Below are positions 17,012 through 20,000 of a stretch of 20,000 nt of DNA, in pieces (the first letter of the stretch is position 1; every line of letters begins with the position of its first letter). The notes beneath the pieces were generated by a model. The model saw only the letters and a program-made list of their open reading frames with translations. It was not told where the DNA came from and did not search any database. The stretch comes from Catajapyx aquilonaris. Lineage: Eukaryota. The stretch lies in NCBI GenBank assembly GCA_000934665.2, contig KZ538385.1, positions 112,155-132,154 on the forward strand, given 5' to 3'. The position numbers and the translations under genes were made by a program.

Positions 17012-19287
17012 GTACGTCGCATAATGGTGTGTTATCATTATTACTTCTTAGTTGTAGTCCTCATTTTAATATTTACTAGTGTAAGCTACAAGCTTGCTTT
17101 GGTTTTTTTTTAAAATTCAAAACAAATTTAGCAATTTTGACATGAGCTGCTGTGTATTCATATTTTGCCTTCTCATTGCCTGCTCTCCTATGCTTGTGCG
17201 GCATGTCCAGGATCTGGAGCCTCAAAGCAGGACCTGGAGGATGCTTTCTCCTACTACGGACCACTGAGGAATGTGTGGGTAGCCCGCAACCCACCTGGAT
17301 TTGCGTTTGTGGAGTTTGAGGATGCTCGAGATGCTGAAGATGCTGTGCGAGGTCTCGATGGAAGGTCAGTCCCTTTGCTGATGACCCGATTGCACTTCCG
17401 GTGCAAAGAAACTAACTTTTTTGCCCATGTCATTCAGGACTGTGTGCGGACGTCGCGTGCGTGTGGAGCTGTCTACTGGGAAGAGCAAGTCCCAGTTCCG
17501 CGGGGCTCCCCCACGCTGGGGCCGTCCGTATCATCCAGAGGACCGCTGCTATGACTGCGGCGAGCGAGGCCACTACGCCAGGGACTGCTCACGGTACCGC
17601 CGGTACCGTATTTGTGGAGAAATCCACTCCTATTTTGCAACATGTGGGCTTGAAATGTGGCGGTTCAGTACTGCCGTATGCGAACTGCAAGTCAGGAAAA
17701 TGATAATTCGAGGCTCTGTTATGGCGACGGAGTATTTGATAGCAGATGTTGACGGCATCGTTTTGTTGCATTTAACATTCAACGCTGAGGGGGTTGGGAC
17801 GAAGTTGGGACGTACCCCGACTCCATGCATGTTTACAGACAAGTTAATGGGATGGGGGGGAAAAAAAATTACTAATTTGAAAAGGGGGAGCAGAGGGCAA
17901 AGATTGATTGATGATTTTGTTCCTGACATTCTTATAGGTGTAACGGCTGAAACTGAGAGTTACACAGCTATGAGAGCTACTACTTCTACTTCTACTACTA
18001 CGGCATTCTCCTTCTACATAGACACAGACCATAAGCCAGTCACTATTTTGTACACGAATGGTCTTCTCGCCTCGCCAGTTACCTGCGAGAAAAGTTCCGC
18101 ATCGAGAGAGGGTACCCTCCCAATAAGAGGCGCGCGCCATGTTGTCTCCAAGATTACATGACGTGCAGCCATTGAGAGAAAGAATGTTAGAAGCAGTCAC
18201 GTCTGTTTTCAACCAGTTAATTATGCTACGGGTGTACAGCTACTGCTCAACAGTTAATTATGCTACGGGTGTACAGCTACTGCTCAACAGTTAATTATGC
18301 TACGGGTGTACAGCTACTGCTCAACTGCCCTTCTACAGAGTACTACTAGAGCTGCAGTCTCGTATTGAATTTTGAATGAGTCGTCGGCCCACTTGTGAGT
18401 CGGCTGGCATATGGTAGGACCACATGCAACTGTCCACATTTCCCTTTCAAATATATCACCAGGTTTTCCTGTGTAACTTACAGAAAATGATTGCGTTGCA
18501 AAGACCTGCCTTCAAATCGCCAAATTTGCCTGTAATTACTGGCATGTTAGTAACGCGGCCTTGGATTTAACCTCATCCTTAGCGGCTGGAGTTAGAGTGA
18601 GGCCGGGTGCCTGCGATTTGCAAGGCAGCGTATGCAAAAGAATTATTTTCTTTTTGGCACGGAGAGGTTAGCCTGTAGTCAGCCCACATTCACTTTCCCC
18701 CCTAGCCGTATGGATACGGTAGTTTAATTCCTGTCTCCCCGCCAGCCCGGAATTTGGCGCTGGCGGTGCTACAGAATTCGCTATACCTCCATCTTGTTCA
18801 TGGTGCGCTCAAGTGGTAAGATTGCGGAGGCTACCTACCACCCGAGTTGCACCTTGATCAAGCTGGCGGCCTAGCGAACGATGGGACGCAGACATTAGGC
18901 TACCGTATTAGAAGAGTGTCAAGGGGCTGCCTTTAGTCAAGGCATGCAAATTAATGCTGCTCTGCTTTGGCCCCCTTTCCCATCTCGTGACCCTGAAGCC
19001 ATTCTCGCAGCCGTTCCCGGAGCCGTAGCCGCAGCCGCTCCCGTGGACGCCGCCGTTCCCGCAGCTACAGCCGCAGCCGTTCCAAGTCCCGCAGCCGTAG
19101 CCGCAGCCGCTCTCCATCCAAGTCCCGGAGCCGCAGCCGCTCCAGGTCTCGCCAGGGGAGCCGTGCAACAGCTGGGGCTGGCGCCAGCGGATCAGGGGGG
19201 ATAGGACCAGGGACCAGTGGTGGAGGCGGCGGAGGCAGTGGAGGGGCCCAGGCTAACCGCAGCCGCTCCAGGTCCCCTGCTCGCTGA
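16954..19287 (+). CDS. SRSF7: Serine/arginine-rich splicing factor 7 (9G8/x16)-like. Spliced CDS join(16954-17011,17211-17364,17438-17602,18999-19287), ~221 aa
   Basis: [20 protein letters not shown] (RNP2), [17 protein letters not shown] (RNP1), CCHC knuckle [14 protein letters not shown] and an RS-repeat exon ending at TGA 19285-19287. The exon 3 donor (17593 or 17602) and exon 4 acceptor (18998 or 19010) are ambiguous, but all are phase 2. Confidence 0.92.
17211..17364 (+). CDS. SRSF7: SR protein exon 2 (RRM core)
   Basis: Acceptor tccag|GA, donor AG|GTCAGT. Confidence 0.95.
17438..17602 (+). CDS. SRSF7: SR protein exon 3 (RRM end + zinc knuckle)
   Basis: Acceptor ttcag|G. Weak tandem donors CG|GTACCG at 17593 and 17602. 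Confidence 0.85.
18214..18324. repeat. Perfect 37-bp tandem repeat x3
   Basis: CAGTTAATTATGCTACGGGTGTACAGCTACTGCTCAA at 18214, 18251 and 18288. Confidence 0.97.
18999..19287 (+). CDS. SRSF7: SR protein RS-domain exon
   Basis: [54 protein letters not shown]...[11 protein letters not shown], in a frame missed by the ORF track. Confidence 0.9.
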
Positions 19288-20000
19288 AGTGTGTGGGATC
19301 AGGGTTCATTTGGAATCGGGTTAACAAACCAGGGGTTAATAAAACCAGGTTATGGGAAGGATAAACTACTACCACCGTGTTTTTTTCTTCTCGCAATAAA
19401 TACCCTCATCCTTTTCCACCTCAACCCGCAACCTTGTTACAGGAGGAGGAGGAGTCCCACGAACCCAAGTGTTGCAACAACCAAGTAATTTCGTTGTAAG
19501 GTGGAGCCTGCTAATTGCGCATAATGACCTGCTGCTCTTACTTGCCCTGATCTGAAAATATCGGGACACCCCCAAAAAATGGAGTGGTGGGGTTATACAC
19601 AGGATGTGATAAAAAGTTTCCATTAAGATTATCTGGACTTTAGAATGGATAATTATGAATAGTAACAATTGAGCTAGGAGGAAACCAAATTTGAAGTTCA
19701 TTTGACAGTTAACAACTGAAATAAATACGATTATACCTTGGACAGTGAATTTCTGTGGGGTCTGGTAAAAATTGCTGCCACTATGTTAATTTCTTACTTA
19801 GCGGGATGTAAATGTTGATAATGAACCTGAGGGGCCGCACAAACCCAAAAACAGTTATGACATTAATTACAAAAAATCTACCACATAATTAAAAAATATT
19901 TGTCGCAAGTGGATTTTTTCAGAAATTGATACACTTGGCTGTACCACATTTAACGGTGTTATTTATTAATAAATTAAAATGTGATAGTATTGTTTATCTA

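Noticed and set aside
18908..19204. Ala/Pro-rich (+) and Gly/Cys-rich (-) ORFs
   Set aside because: Alternative frames of the AGC-CGC RS-repeat exon.

Overview
Eukaryotic, AT-rich, probably arthropod genomic DNA with two intron-containing + strand genes. (1) A complete heparan-sulfate N-deacetylase/N-sulfotransferase (NDST / Drosophila sulfateless homologue), CDS 2091-9552, 13 coding exons per isoform, 896 or 897 aa. Exon 6 is present as two tandem paralogous copies (5833-5945 and 6268-6383), both with intact splice sites and the same phase. They look like mutually exclusive exons that swap the H-x-x-x-H metal-binding segment of the deacetylase domain, and neither appears in the ORF track. 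(2) An SRSF7/9G8-type SR splicing factor (RRM + CCHC knuckle + RS domain), CDS 16954-19287, with a candidate autoregulatory poison exon in the intron before the RS exon. The ~11-16.5 kb region between the genes is repeat-rich: two tRNA-derived SINEs with target-site duplications, a degenerate AT-rich satellite, a 5-copy hairpin/(TAAA)n array, a Helitron-like 3' end, back-to-back near-perfect palindromes and several Harbinger-type MITEs. All calls were made by eye, with no database searches, so novelty cannot be asserted.
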